In this document: positions 29,208 to 38,384 of the stretch, piece after piece
How the letters are laid out: each line of letters starts with the position of its first letter
Position numbering within the stretch: position 1 is the first letter of the stretch
Origin: an uncultured Planctomycetaceae bacterium
GTDB taxonomy: Bacteria > Planctomycetota > Planctomycetia > Pirellulales > Thermoguttaceae
NCBI GenBank assembly: GCA_964442735.1
Contig: CAYUAP010000003.1
Location: 23,115-87,114, forward strand
Length of the DNA: 64,000 nucleotides
Direction: 5' to 3'
The notes under the pieces: generated by a model
Database searches by the model: none
What the model saw: the letters and a program-made list of their open reading frames with translations, nothing else
Told to the model about the DNA's origin: nothing
Position numbers and translations under genes: made by a program

Positions 29208-29807
29208 TCAAAAAAAACTTGATTTCCTTTCATTGACATTAATGACTTCCGATGGGTTTTCCAAATGTTTTGCTATGATTTTTTCCATCCAAACCATACT
29301 GTACCACCTGTTGAATTTATATCCACAATGATAAAATTTTCCAATCATGGTATACCCAAGATGTTCGTGAAATAAAACACTGTTTCGGGTTAAATATTCA
29401 TCTTCTATCTCTGGATATCCTATGCAGGCATATAAATTACATATATTCATTTCAAGCAGTATGGATTCCAACGCATTATACAGTATTCTACCGATCCCCT
29501 GTTTTCTTTTACTCTTTTCTACATAAATCGTAGTTTCGACCGCCCAATTATAGGCGGCTCTACCAATAAAACTACCTGCATAGGCGTATCCGGAAATCGT
29601 CCCGTCCGATACGGCAACAAGATAGGGATATTTCCACTGAATATTCTTCATGCGGAGTACAAACTCTTCAACCGTCGGTACTACATATTCAAATGTAATC
29701 GCCGTTTTAAGAACATACGGACTATAAATTTTTAGCAACTCGACCGCATCGTCAGGAGTTGCAAAACGAACGATATCTTTATTATTATTTTCAGGAGTCA
29801 CTTTCAT
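29208..29807 (-). CDS. GNAT N-acetyltransferase (phosphinothricin/amino-acid acetyltransferase-like)
   Basis: IRFATPDDAVELLKIYSPYV..TAITFEY, and RKQGIGRILYNAL acetyl-CoA motif. Confidence 0.85.
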   Translation of the reverse strand: MKVTPENNNKDIVRFATPDDAVELLKIYSPYVLKTAITFEYVVPTVEEFVLRMKNIQWKYPYLVAVSDGTISGYAYAGSFIGRAAYNWAVETTIYVEKSKRKQGIGRILYNALESILLEMNICNLYACIGYPEIEDEYLTRNSVLFHEHLGYTMIGKFYHCGYKFNRWYSMVWMEKIIAKHLENPSEVINVNERKSSFF

Positions 29808-29821
29808 TTTACAATAACAAA

Positions 29822-30622
29822 TCAGTCTGGATGTTTCTCGTCGATATCATCATGACAGGCATTGCAATTCATACGGGTGGAGACATCCTTTTGTTTCCCT
29901 TTTGGCGCATGACAATCAATACACTTTTTTGTCGAATCGATCACTCCGGTAAAGGCACAAGCCGGATCGGCGGTGTATCGATTAAGCAGCAGTATGGCAT
30001 ATGCAACCAAGTCGGCAGTTAAACGACGGCAACGTTCTTTTCGACGTGGCGAAGAGACTTCCGAATCGGCTTCATGACACCATCGAGCACTGGAAAGGTG
30101 GCATAAAACGGAATCAGCCACCGTTTTTTCAAGATCTTTAAAATGATTTTCTTTCGGAATGTAGACAGGTAGTGGTTCTGTCTCGTAATATCGATAAAGT
30201 TCATCAATAATATTTCCGCCTTTACTGAAGTCGGAAACAAATAGAGAAATAGCGGCGGCAGAACCATTGAGTACACCACAAAGAGAACCATAGTCGTAAA
30301 CACCACCTTTTCCATACTTCATCATCTGAAAGGGAAAGGCAAGATAGGGTTGGGCCGCTTGTAAATCGGTTTGTGCTATTTTTTCACCCACTGATTCCAC
30401 AATGGCACGAAATGAAGCATACATACAACTACCTTCTGGATAAAGCTGATATGCTTTTTCGGCAACCTGTTTCGGATCAAGTGGTACATATTTCCAGGAA
30501 ATAACCGGAGGAGCCACATTCCCACTACCAGAAACCTTGTTTCCCATTAAAATAAATGGTGTTGACAATAACGCAGCAACACCACTTTTGATTATAGTTC
30601 TTCGTCTGTTTCTATCAACCAT
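29822..30622 (-). CDS. Tat-exported C_GCAxxG_C_C-family redox protein with C-terminal di-haem c region (split-Soret cytochrome c-like)
   Basis: RRRTIIKSGVAALL twin-arginine leader. CGVLNGSAAA (C-G-x-x-x-G core). CHLSSARWC. Two CxxCH haem sites (CIDCH, CNACH) near the C-terminus. Confidence 0.7.
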   Translation of the reverse strand: MVDRNRRRTIIKSGVAALLSTPFILMGNKVSGSGNVAPPVISWKYVPLDPKQVAEKAYQLYPEGSCMYASFRAIVESVGEKIAQTDLQAAQPYLAFPFQMMKYGKGGVYDYGSLCGVLNGSAAAISLFVSDFSKGGNIIDELYRYYETEPLPVYIPKENHFKDLEKTVADSVLCHLSSARWCHEADSEVSSPRRKERCRRLTADLVAYAILLLNRYTADPACAFTGVIDSTKKCIDCHAPKGKQKDVSTRMNCNACHDDIDEKHPD

Positions 30623-30830
30623 TTTAAAACCTCAAATAATTACCATTCTAACAAACATTATTAAAAAATACCATTACGATATTTACAGAAAAATATATTT
30701 ATTAATCAAGATCATTCAACGCAAATAACGATTCAATTAAAATATTAATTTTGGCACAATCTTTAAATTCGTCAACCCATTGTATGGGAATATCTTCATA
30801 ACAATACCAGACTCCGGTATTTCTAAATCA

Positions 30831-30997
30831 GTAACCATTCACGAACGATTTTGGAACCACGGATATCACGGATAAACACAGATAGTCTGCCGGAAAATAT
30901 AATATTTTACAAAAACAAGCTAAACATTTTAACTATTATAATAAATAATTTTATCATAAATAATTTGTTTATCAAAAAACTATCCGTGAACGGTTAC
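30831..30997 (-). mobile_element. MITE-like element, copy 2 (167 bp, reverse orientation, short variant)
   Basis: gtaaccattcacgaacg...tatccgtgaacggttac. Flanked by ctaaatca / ctaaatcg (7 of 8 target-site duplication). Lacks a ~38-bp cacggata-to-cacggata segment present in copies 1 and 3. Confidence 0.75.
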
Positions 30998-31171
30998 CTA
31001 AATCGCAACATCCAAAAAAGAAGTATTCTAAAAAGAAAAAAATAATATTTTTATTGGTGAAACACAAAAATAAAAAACAGTACTAAAACCAATCGGAATA
31101 AAAGTTTCACCTCATATTACAAAAAATATTATTTTTCAGTAGACGATCTGCATTCATCGATAATTACAATT

Positions 31172-31852
31172 TTAAGGTGATGGAAGCATGGACCGAATCC
31201 ATTGAGTAAATCCGGAAGGATTACGTGTTTGAATAAGTACTATTCCCGGCCCCTTAAAACGACAAACAAGACATTCTCCGGACATTACACTTGAGATCCA
31301 TCCATTAGAAGCCTTTTCTATTGTATATTGCATGTAATCAGGCCAGGCAACCAAGTGACCATTATCGATAATAACCTCTTCTCCATCAGCTAAATTAATG
31401 GCATGAATTGAACCATAACTACTAATAAAAGCGGTCCCCTGCCCTTTTATTTTCAAAACAAAAAAACCTTCCTTGGAAAAAAATCCATTCATGAGATTTT
31501 GCATTTTCGTTTCGACCTCAATTCCCATAGTTGAGGCCAAATAGCCATTTTTCTGGACAAGAAGTCCATAACTACCATCAAGATTGACATCAATAATATC
31601 ACCGGGCGTGGCATGAGCAAAAAGAACCGTTCCCGGCCCTCGATTGGCAACAATATTTTGACAAAAAAAGCTCTCTCCCCCCAAAAATTTTTTAGCTAAT
31701 CCACCAAGGAAACTACCATTTATTGCACCACTAATATCAAGCGTTGCCGACATGGAAATCATGGCATCCGATTCAGCTTTAATAGATTCGTTTTGTTCCA
31801 AATCACATTTAACAATGGGATAGGCCCCGGGATACAATATTTCGTATTTCAT
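31172..31852 (-). CDS. AIM24-family (TIGR00266/DUF124) protein
   Basis: 226 aa. MKYEILYPGAYPIVKCDLEQNESIKAESDAMISMS...FFCQN...GHLVAWPDYMQY...CRFKGPGIVLIQTR is the characteristic family pattern. Confidence 0.8.
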   Translation of the reverse strand: MKYEILYPGAYPIVKCDLEQNESIKAESDAMISMSATLDISGAINGSFLGGLAKKFLGGESFFCQNIVANRGPGTVLFAHATPGDIIDVNLDGSYGLLVQKNGYLASTMGIEVETKMQNLMNGFFSKEGFFVLKIKGQGTAFISSYGSIHAINLADGEEVIIDNGHLVAWPDYMQYTIEKASNGWISSVMSGECLVCRFKGPGIVLIQTRNPSGFTQWIRSMLPSP

Positions 31853-31883
31853 TTTTTATCCTGCATCTTTTACCCATGATTTT

Positions 31884-32480
31884 CTATTTTCGTCCGGCAG
31901 CCCAACGAAGTCCCCAGCCAAAAGCACGGTCCATGTCTTCATGTCCATCAAAAAATCTGACTTTCTTTTCAACACTAAAGGTCTCGTCACGGATATTTTC
32001 AAGCAATGCAATAGCACATGTTCGCTTTGATGTATCATATTCATCCATCCGTACAATAAGGTCCTGACTTCCCGGACACTTAATAGTAATAACACCATCG
32101 GCTTGTTTCCAGTTTGTAGCTCCTTCATAAATAAAAGTATAAATCAACAGTCTTTGTATATTTGAGATCATCCCTCCATTTACACGAAGATTTTCACCTT
32201 CGGTTGATTCTCCAGTACGGTCATCACCATCCAGTGCAACAAAAGGAGGATTGTTAAGACTACCAAATACATTTCCCAATGCCTGAACACACCCTTTTGC
32301 ACCATCGCGTAACTCAAATAGACAACCTAAATCCAAATCAATCGGTTTAGTTGCGAAAACCCCCATTAAACCTTTCTTTTTCGGAGGTTGACTCCAGTTC
32401 AAATTAATTAATATTTCACCTAGTGAAGTTCCCTTTTTCTCAAGATTGACTTTCTCGCCTTTTTTTAATTCAACAGTCAT
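31884..32480 (-). CDS. Divergent TerD-domain protein (TerA/TerZ-like)
   Basis: MTVELKKGEKVNLEKKG..ILINLNWSQ...IDLDLGCLFEL...ALDGDDRTGES.EGENLRVNG. The TerD fold pattern is present with a degenerate Ca-binding [12 protein letters not shown] motif. ATG at 32480 has an aggag RBS. Confidence 0.7.
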   Translation of the reverse strand: MTVELKKGEKVNLEKKGTSLGEILINLNWSQPPKKKGLMGVFATKPIDLDLGCLFELRDGAKGCVQALGNVFGSLNNPPFVALDGDDRTGESTEGENLRVNGGMISNIQRLLIYTFIYEGATNWKQADGVITIKCPGSQDLIVRMDEYDTSKRTCAIALLENIRDETFSVEKKVRFFDGHEDMDRAFGWGLRWAAGRK

Positions 32481-32713
32481 AACATCTCCTATTATCATAC
32501 AACAAACAAGATATCATTTTATACAAAATACAAATAAACTTAATTTCTTAAAAGTCCCCTGAACAAAATAAATTTCAGGGATATAACTTTCATTTTAAAT
32601 AGTAGTTGAGTCTGTTTTAAGGAAATACGAAAAGAAAAGAACTTTTTTCCCGAATAAAAATTATATTCTACATTTTTTCGGGCTTCAAGTTCAACGGAAA
32701 AAAACAATTATTT

Positions 32714-32751
32714 CTTTTCCTCTTCTATTTGTATTTTCCTCTTCTATTTGT
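32714..32751. repeat. Exact 19-bp tandem duplication (ttttcctcttctatttgta x2) just downstream of terD
   Basis: Units at 32714-32732 and 32733-32751. Confidence 0.9.
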
Positions 32752-32794
32752 AACCTCAAAACTATCTGTTTTCAATGTTACACCAGTTTCCAAA

Positions 32795-33373
32795 TCAAAC
32801 ATTTACACCAAAGTTTAGACAAAGAGCTTTTAAACCACCACCAAAACCACTACCAATCGCATTGAATTTCCATTCGCCGTTGTGACGGTAAAGTTCACCG
32901 ACCACAACTGCCGTTTCTACAGAAAAGTCTTCGCCTAAATCAAAACGAATTAACTCGGCATTATTGGTTTCATCAAAAATATGGATATAGGCATTACTGA
33001 CTTGACCGAAATTCTGTTTACGACTTTCAGCATCGTAAATGGTGACGGTAAAATCGACTTTTTCAATGTTCGCGGGAATGGCAGCCAGATTTACCTTAAT
33101 TTGTTCATCGTCACCATCACCTTCTCCCGTCAAATTATCCCCCAAGTGCTCAATACTACCGGAAGAATGTTTTAGGTTTCCATAAAAAATAAAATCCTTG
33201 TCATTGGTGACTTTACCATTTCCACCAAGTAGAAAAGCTGCTGCGTCAAGGTCAAAATCAGCCCCACCATCATACTTGTTCGTATCCCACCCCAGTCCAA
33301 TTATAATTTTGTTGAGGCCTGCATTACCCTTGGTTAAATCAACTTTTTGACCTTTACTTAAACTGACTGCCAT
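32795..33373 (-). CDS. terD: TerD-family stress protein (canonical, YceC/YceD/TerD-like)
   Basis: [72 protein letters not shown] at 33373 with gaggtg RBS. Confidence 0.9.
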   Translation of the reverse strand: MAVSLSKGQKVDLTKGNAGLNKIIIGLGWDTNKYDGGADFDLDAAAFLLGGNGKVTNDKDFIFYGNLKHSSGSIEHLGDNLTGEGDGDDEQIKVNLAAIPANIEKVDFTVTIYDAESRKQNFGQVSNAYIHIFDETNNAELIRFDLGEDFSVETAVVVGELYRHNGEWKFNAIGSGFGGGLKALCLNFGVNV

Positions 33374-33649
33374 GTTTTCACCTCTTGTTGTTTTTATTAT
33401 CAATTACATATCTATTCAATATTTCCGTCTTTCAACGGATTACACCAAACAAAATAAAATATTCATTATATAGTTTAATTCAAATTTAAGAAAAGTCAAG
33501 AAATTTTAAGAAAAAAACAAATATATTTTGAAAATATTCGTAAAGGTTCTAAAAATGTTCAAAAACGAGCCTGTCAGTCGTATTTATTTAAGGTCACATG
33601 GTTTTTGCACCGACTAACAGGTGGCTTTTTGAAAATAAAATCAAACAAG

Positions 33650-33770
33650 TTATACTGTACGATTTTATAAATGCGGCATTTCCTGGGAACACGGACGTCT
33701 CGTCCGTATTCTCCAAAACAGGTGTCTCGCCTGTTTGGAAAAATAGACTTTTATAACGACTTTGAGTATA
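33650..33770 (+). repeat. 121-bp palindromic dispersed element, copy A
   Basis: Matches the reverse complement of 37707-37827 at 109/121 positions (hand alignment, no gaps). Ends tatact...ttataaa / tttataa...agtatat. Contains hairpins acggacg-tct-cgtccgt (33690-33706) and aaacaggtg-tct-cgcctgttt (33715-33735). Confidence 0.9.
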
Positions 33771-34208
33771 TTCAACCGCATAAAATACTATGTTAGAATT
33801 CTTTAAATGAATTTCGAATCAACAAATATCAGCCTGTCTTAAAGAGATCGTTTGAACCCACTCCGAAACAGTGTGACAAATAAAGAATAGTATGATCGAT
33901 AACGAATTTTTTATATTATCTATAACTAACATTAACATCAAGCCATGAATGATTGTACAATTGGAGATCGGGATACCCTGAACTGTCACCAATATTGAAT
34001 TGTTAATTTTCTGTCTTCCACCACCCTTTCATGGAAGATAATCGTATTCATTCAGGCTATGACTTTTGGTACGTTTAATAATATTTTGATGATTGTACCT
34101 GCTTCCCTATATTTGTGATATTCTATCGCTTAAAAGCAATCATTTAGAGTAATATGTAATTTATAAAAAAGAAAATGACCGGAATGTGTACCTTCCATCT
34201 ACCTCCTT

Positions 34209-34232
34209 AAAAACAGGCGAATACGCCTGTTT
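34209..34232 (-). terminator. Bidirectional intrinsic-terminator-like hairpin downstream of gcvPB
   Basis: aaaacaggcg aata cgcctgtttt. On the minus strand the stem is followed by ttttt. 76 nt after the gcvPB stop. The stem sequence matches the hairpin inside the 121-bp element. Confidence 0.6.
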
Positions 34233-34307
34233 TGGATCATTGAATAAATCGGAAGATTTAAAGTTTATAAACCAGATAGGGATTCCCCGAGATATTCCGA
34301 TCGAATT

Positions 34308-35762
34308 CTATTCGTTATCTTCCTTGTATTTCAGAACAGGATACCTGGCGGCCCGAGTTTCGTCTACGCGTTTGATAACGGTTGTATGCGGAGCTTCTTT
34401 AACCAGGTCGGGCTGTTCCCGACATTCTTTTGCAATCTGTTTCATTGCCGCAATAAATGCATCAAGCCGTTCCTTCGATTCCGTTTCCGTAGGCTCAAAC
34501 ATCATGGCTTCATGAACAATCAACGGGAAATAGATCGTCGGCGGATGATAACCGAAGTCCATGAGGCGTTTGGCTATATCCAATGTTCGAATACCATATG
34601 GTTCCTGTTTTTTATTCGTTGCAACAAATTCGTGTTTACAGATGCCGTCAAATGGAATATCATAGTCGTCTGCAAGATGATATTTGAGATAATTAGCCGC
34701 CAGAACCGCATGTTGACAAGCTTCCTTAATACCTTGACATCCGATACTTTTTATATAGGTATATGCCTTGACACAAACACCAAAATTACCGAAAAAAGTT
34801 TTTACTTTTCCAATCGACTGCGGACGGTCATAATCAAGATCATAAAAACCTTCTTCATTTTTAACGATACGCGGCACAGGTAAAAACGGCTTTAATGGTC
34901 GTTTAACTCCGACAGCCCCCGCCCCTGGTCCACCACCACCATGTGGAGTCGCAAATGTTTTATGTAAATTGTAATGAACAATATCAAACCCCATATCGCC
35001 CGGACGTGCCATTCCCATAATGGCATTCAAATTGGCCCCATCGTAATACAGTAACCCACCAGACTGATGAACCATGTCGGCAATTTCGAGAATATCGGTC
35101 TCAAAAAGTCCCAATGTATTCGGATTCGTCAGCATGAGACCCGCCACCTCGTCATTCAGCTTCAAGGCCAGATCGTCCAGACAGACTCGTCCCTGATCGT
35201 TCGATTTGACTTCCCGAACTTTAAATCCGACAGCCGCCGCAGATGCCGGATTCGTTCCATGTGCCGAGTCTGGAACTAAAATAACGTTTCGTTTCTCGTC
35301 CTGACGACTTTTATGCCAGGCTCGAATGATCATAAGACCGGTTAATTCGCCATGCGCTCCCGCTGCAGGCTGAAGCGTAAATTTGTGCATTCCGCCAAAT
35401 TCCGCTAGCATTAACTGAAGTTCGTATAATAATTCCAAAGCCCCTTGAACAGACCATGTCTTCTGATACGGATGTATATTAGCGAAACCAGGAAGCATTG
35501 CCGCCCATTCATCGATCTTCGGATTGTATTTCATGGTACAGGAACCAAGGGGATACATTCCGTCATCAACCCCAAACGCACGATGGGACAACTCCGTAAA
35601 ATGCCGAACAGCTTCGACTTCACTCAACTCGGGAATCCCCAGGTCGGCACCGCGCCAGTGTTCTTCCGGAATGGTCTCCTGAAGATCAATGGCAGGAAGA
35701 TCCTGAAGTGGAAAACGAAAATAGTTACTTCCCTTGACATTTTTTTCAAATAACAGTTTCAT
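34308..35762 (-). CDS. gcvPB: Glycine dehydrogenase (decarboxylating) subunit 2
   Basis: 484 aa. [15 protein letters not shown] (PLP lysine), typical GcvPB. The start ATG shares one nt with the gcvPA stop (TAATG). Confidence 0.95.
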   Translation of the reverse strand: MKLLFEKNVKGSNYFRFPLQDLPAIDLQETIPEEHWRGADLGIPELSEVEAVRHFTELSHRAFGVDDGMYPLGSCTMKYNPKIDEWAAMLPGFANIHPYQKTWSVQGALELLYELQLMLAEFGGMHKFTLQPAAGAHGELTGLMIIRAWHKSRQDEKRNVILVPDSAHGTNPASAAAVGFKVREVKSNDQGRVCLDDLALKLNDEVAGLMLTNPNTLGLFETDILEIADMVHQSGGLLYYDGANLNAIMGMARPGDMGFDIVHYNLHKTFATPHGGGGPGAGAVGVKRPLKPFLPVPRIVKNEEGFYDLDYDRPQSIGKVKTFFGNFGVCVKAYTYIKSIGCQGIKEACQHAVLAANYLKYHLADDYDIPFDGICKHEFVATNKKQEPYGIRTLDIAKRLMDFGYHPPTIYFPLIVHEAMMFEPTETESKERLDAFIAAMKQIAKECREQPDLVKEAPHTTVIKRVDETRAARYPVLKYKEDNE

Positions 35763-37120
35763 TACAGTTCTTCTCCTCCCTGTGGACTTCTTTCTTCGTC
35801 CGAACCAAAACAGTATTCTTTCATTAAAGCTACGAGTTCATCCACCTCTTCCCGACGTCGTTTTTCAGTAAAGGCGAGAAGTAGTGCACCATTGAGTTCG
35901 TATCCACCTATAATGCCACCATCAAGAAGATAATCGTTCAAACCAGCCGGATCAGGAACATTAACCGCGAATTCCCGAAAAAATGGTGCCGAAAAAGGAA
36001 ATGTAAATCCGGCTTTCTGTAATTCGGTATGGGCATAACGCGCAATATGATGCGAACAGTAGGCCGCCTGCTTCAAACCGGAAGGACCGACGAATGTCAA
36101 ATACATACAGGCTGCTAACGCACAAAGCGCCTCGTTGGAACATATATTGGAATTTGCCTTTTCTCGACGAATATGCTGTTCACGTGCCTGTAATGTCAGA
36201 ACAAAGGCACGTTTTCCATCAGAATCAACCGTTTGACCAATCAACCGGCCCGGAATTTTTCGAAGAAGATTCTCCTTAACCGCCATAAAACCGAGATGAG
36301 GCCCTCCAAAAGACATGGGATTCCCCAGAGTTTGACCGTCACCAACTACAATATCGGCCCCCCAATCTCCCGGTGGTTTTAACATGGCCAACGGTATCGG
36401 ATCAACCGACATAATAACCAATGCCTTCGTCTGACGTACTAATTCTACTATTTTTCCAACATCTTCCAAATTACCATAGAAGTTCGGATATTGAATAACA
36501 ACAGCTCCAGTTTTATCGTCCAAAAGTGTTTCCAGTGTGGCCAGATCGATTAAACCATTCTCTTCCGGTATGTTTTCTATTACCAATTTATCATTAATAT
36601 TATAGGTTCGAACAATCTGTGCATATTCTGGATGAAGTGTTGCTGGAAGTAGTATTTTAGAACGTTTGGTCGTTTCCGCCGCAATTTGACAAGCCTGGGC
36701 CAATGCACTTCCCCCACAATAGAGCGAAGCATTAGCAATATCCATTGCCGTTAAATGACAGATTAAGGTCTGATATTCAAATATCGCCTGTAAAATACCT
36801 TGACTGATTTCAGGCTGATACGGTGTATAGGTCGAATAAAATTCCGACCTCTGAAGTAAATGTGTGACCGCCGCCGGAATATAATGGTCATAACAACCGG
36901 CACCAAGAAAAACAGGATTTTCATCAGCATTCATATTGTCACGTGCCAATTCCTCCAGTTGTTCTCGAACGGATATCTCGGACAAACCATTAACCTCTGG
37001 CAAAATACAGGTCATACGGATCTCTTCCGGGATGTCGGTAAATAAATCGTCAAGGGAAGAGAGCCCCATCGATTGAAGCATCTCTTGTACAACAGAATCC
37101 GGATTAGGTGTATATCGCAT
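35762..37120 (-). CDS. gcvPA: Glycine dehydrogenase (decarboxylating) subunit 1
   Basis: 452 aa. MRYTPNPDS...[12 protein letters not shown]...[10 protein letters not shown] typical GcvPA. Confidence 0.95.
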   Translation of the reverse strand: MRYTPNPDSVVQEMLQSMGLSSLDDLFTDIPEEIRMTCILPEVNGLSEISVREQLEELARDNMNADENPVFLGAGCYDHYIPAAVTHLLQRSEFYSTYTPYQPEISQGILQAIFEYQTLICHLTAMDIANASLYCGGSALAQACQIAAETTKRSKILLPATLHPEYAQIVRTYNINDKLVIENIPEENGLIDLATLETLLDDKTGAVVIQYPNFYGNLEDVGKIVELVRQTKALVIMSVDPIPLAMLKPPGDWGADIVVGDGQTLGNPMSFGGPHLGFMAVKENLLRKIPGRLIGQTVDSDGKRAFVLTLQAREQHIRREKANSNICSNEALCALAACMYLTFVGPSGLKQAAYCSHHIARYAHTELQKAGFTFPFSAPFFREFAVNVPDPAGLNDYLLDGGIIGGYELNGALLLAFTEKRRREEVDELVALMKEYCFGSDEERSPQGGEEL

Positions 37121-37229
37121 TTGTTCCCTTTGATTAAGTAAATGTTAAATAATTATTGTCTTTTGTAAATAAACCCTTTTTCAAGGTTCACTTCCAGAAT
37201 TGTACCTGATCTGAAATCAAAGGTCAATA

Positions 37230-37257
37230 TCGGTAAATTAAATTCGGTAAATTAAAT
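37230..37257. repeat. Exact 14-bp tandem duplication (tcggtaaattaaat x2) in the gcvPA upstream region
   Basis: Units at 37230-37243 and 37244-37257. Confidence 0.9.
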
Positions 37258-37473
37258 ATTGTCCATCGTTTGTATTTTTTCGGAAAACATCCATCTTTCC
37301 CCAAAAAAGGTATTTTAAAGAAAAGATAATGATATTTTTCATACGAAGTTAAGACACGGAAGAACCAAAAACATTTGGACCCGTAAAAGTATTTAAAAAT
37401 ATAACCTTGAAAATAGCCGATACAACTTGAATATTCTATAAAAACTTTCCCCCTCTGACTTGTTTCAGGATAT

Positions 37474-37679
37474 GTAACCGTTCACGGATATAAAGTGAAA
37501 CCACGGATAACACTGATTTTCACGGATAGTTTTTTGGCAAACAAACTTTTTATGATAAAATTATTTATTGGAATAAATAAAAATGTTTCGTTTGTTATTG
37601 TTAAATATTGTATTTTACAGCAGACTATCTGTGTTTATCCGTGATATCAGTGGTTCCAAAATCGTTCGTGAATGGTTAT
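37474..37679 (+). mobile_element. MITE-like element, copy 3 (206 bp) with perfect 8-bp target-site duplication
   Basis: gtaaccgttcacggata...cgttcgtgaatggttat. Flanked on both sides by caggatat (37466-37473 and 37680-37687). Confidence 0.85.
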
Positions 37680-37706
37680 CAGGATATAAAATGAGATTAA
37701 ATAAAA

Positions 37707-37827
37707 ATATACTCAAGGTCGTTATAAAAGTCTATTTTTCCAAACAGGCGAGATGCCTGTTTTGGAGAATATGGACGAGACATCCGCACTTCCAGGAAAT
37801 GCCGAATTTATAACGTCGTACAGTATA
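37707..37827 (-). repeat. 121-bp palindromic dispersed element, copy B (inverted relative to copy A)
   Basis: Reverse complement aligns to 33650-33770 at 109/121. The flanks are unrelated, so the boundaries are sharp. Confidence 0.9.
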
Positions 37828-37844
37828 ATACCTTTTTTCAGATA

Positions 37845-38339
37845 TTAAACCTGCCCGATTTTACCGTGGAAATAATGACAGAGCGCAATAGCCAACGCAT
37901 CGGCAACATCGGCAGGCTCCGGATATTTATCTAAATGAAGCTCTAACTGAATGGCACGTTGCATCTGGTCTTTAGGGGCTCGTCCATTGCCTGTTAGTAT
38001 TTTTTTGATTTTAGTAGCGGCATATGGTTTTACCTCGATATTTGCCTGTGCTGCAGCAAGACAAATAGCACCACGGGCATGCCCCATTAAAATAGCAGTT
38101 CGAGGACGTTCATATAATGAATACAACTCTTCCAGAGCTAAAACTTCCGGATGAAAAACCTCAATAACTTCAAGAATACCGTCGTAAATATCCTTAATCC
38201 GGCATTCCAAACTTTTCGCATGACTCCGAACAACCCCAGCTTCCAGAAGATGTATAACTCCATTATATCCTTCCAAAACACCATATCCTGTTGTATTCAA
38301 GCCGGGATCAACACCTATAATGCAACTTTTTCCCGACAA
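37845..38339 (-). CDS. ruvC: Crossover junction endodeoxyribonuclease RuvC
   Basis: CIIGVDPGLNTTGYGVL..., ...ADALAIALCH. TTG start preceded by aaggagg. Confidence 0.9.
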   Translation of the reverse strand: MSGKSCIIGVDPGLNTTGYGVLEGYNGVIHLLEAGVVRSHAKSLECRIKDIYDGILEVIEVFHPEVLALEELYSLYERPRTAILMGHARGAICLAAAQANIEVKPYAATKIKKILTGNGRAPKDQMQRAIQLELHLDKYPEPADVADALAIALCHYFHGKIGQV

Positions 38340-38384
38340 TATTACCTCCTTGATTAACTCCTTGAGTATAACCTTTACGAGTTG

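Noticed and set aside
37121-37470. Glycine riboswitch upstream of gcvPA (and upstream of gcvT at 39501-39519)
   Set aside because: No GGAGAG...CACCGAAGGGGCAA-type cores are seen on the minus strand. gcvT directly abuts argJ.
30831-37679. MITE copies 2 and 3 (inverted) as ends of a composite transposon carrying the ter/AIM24 and gcvP genes
   Set aside because: Each copy has its own, different 8-bp target duplication (ctaaatc[a/g] vs caggatat). This indicates independent insertions rather than one composite event.
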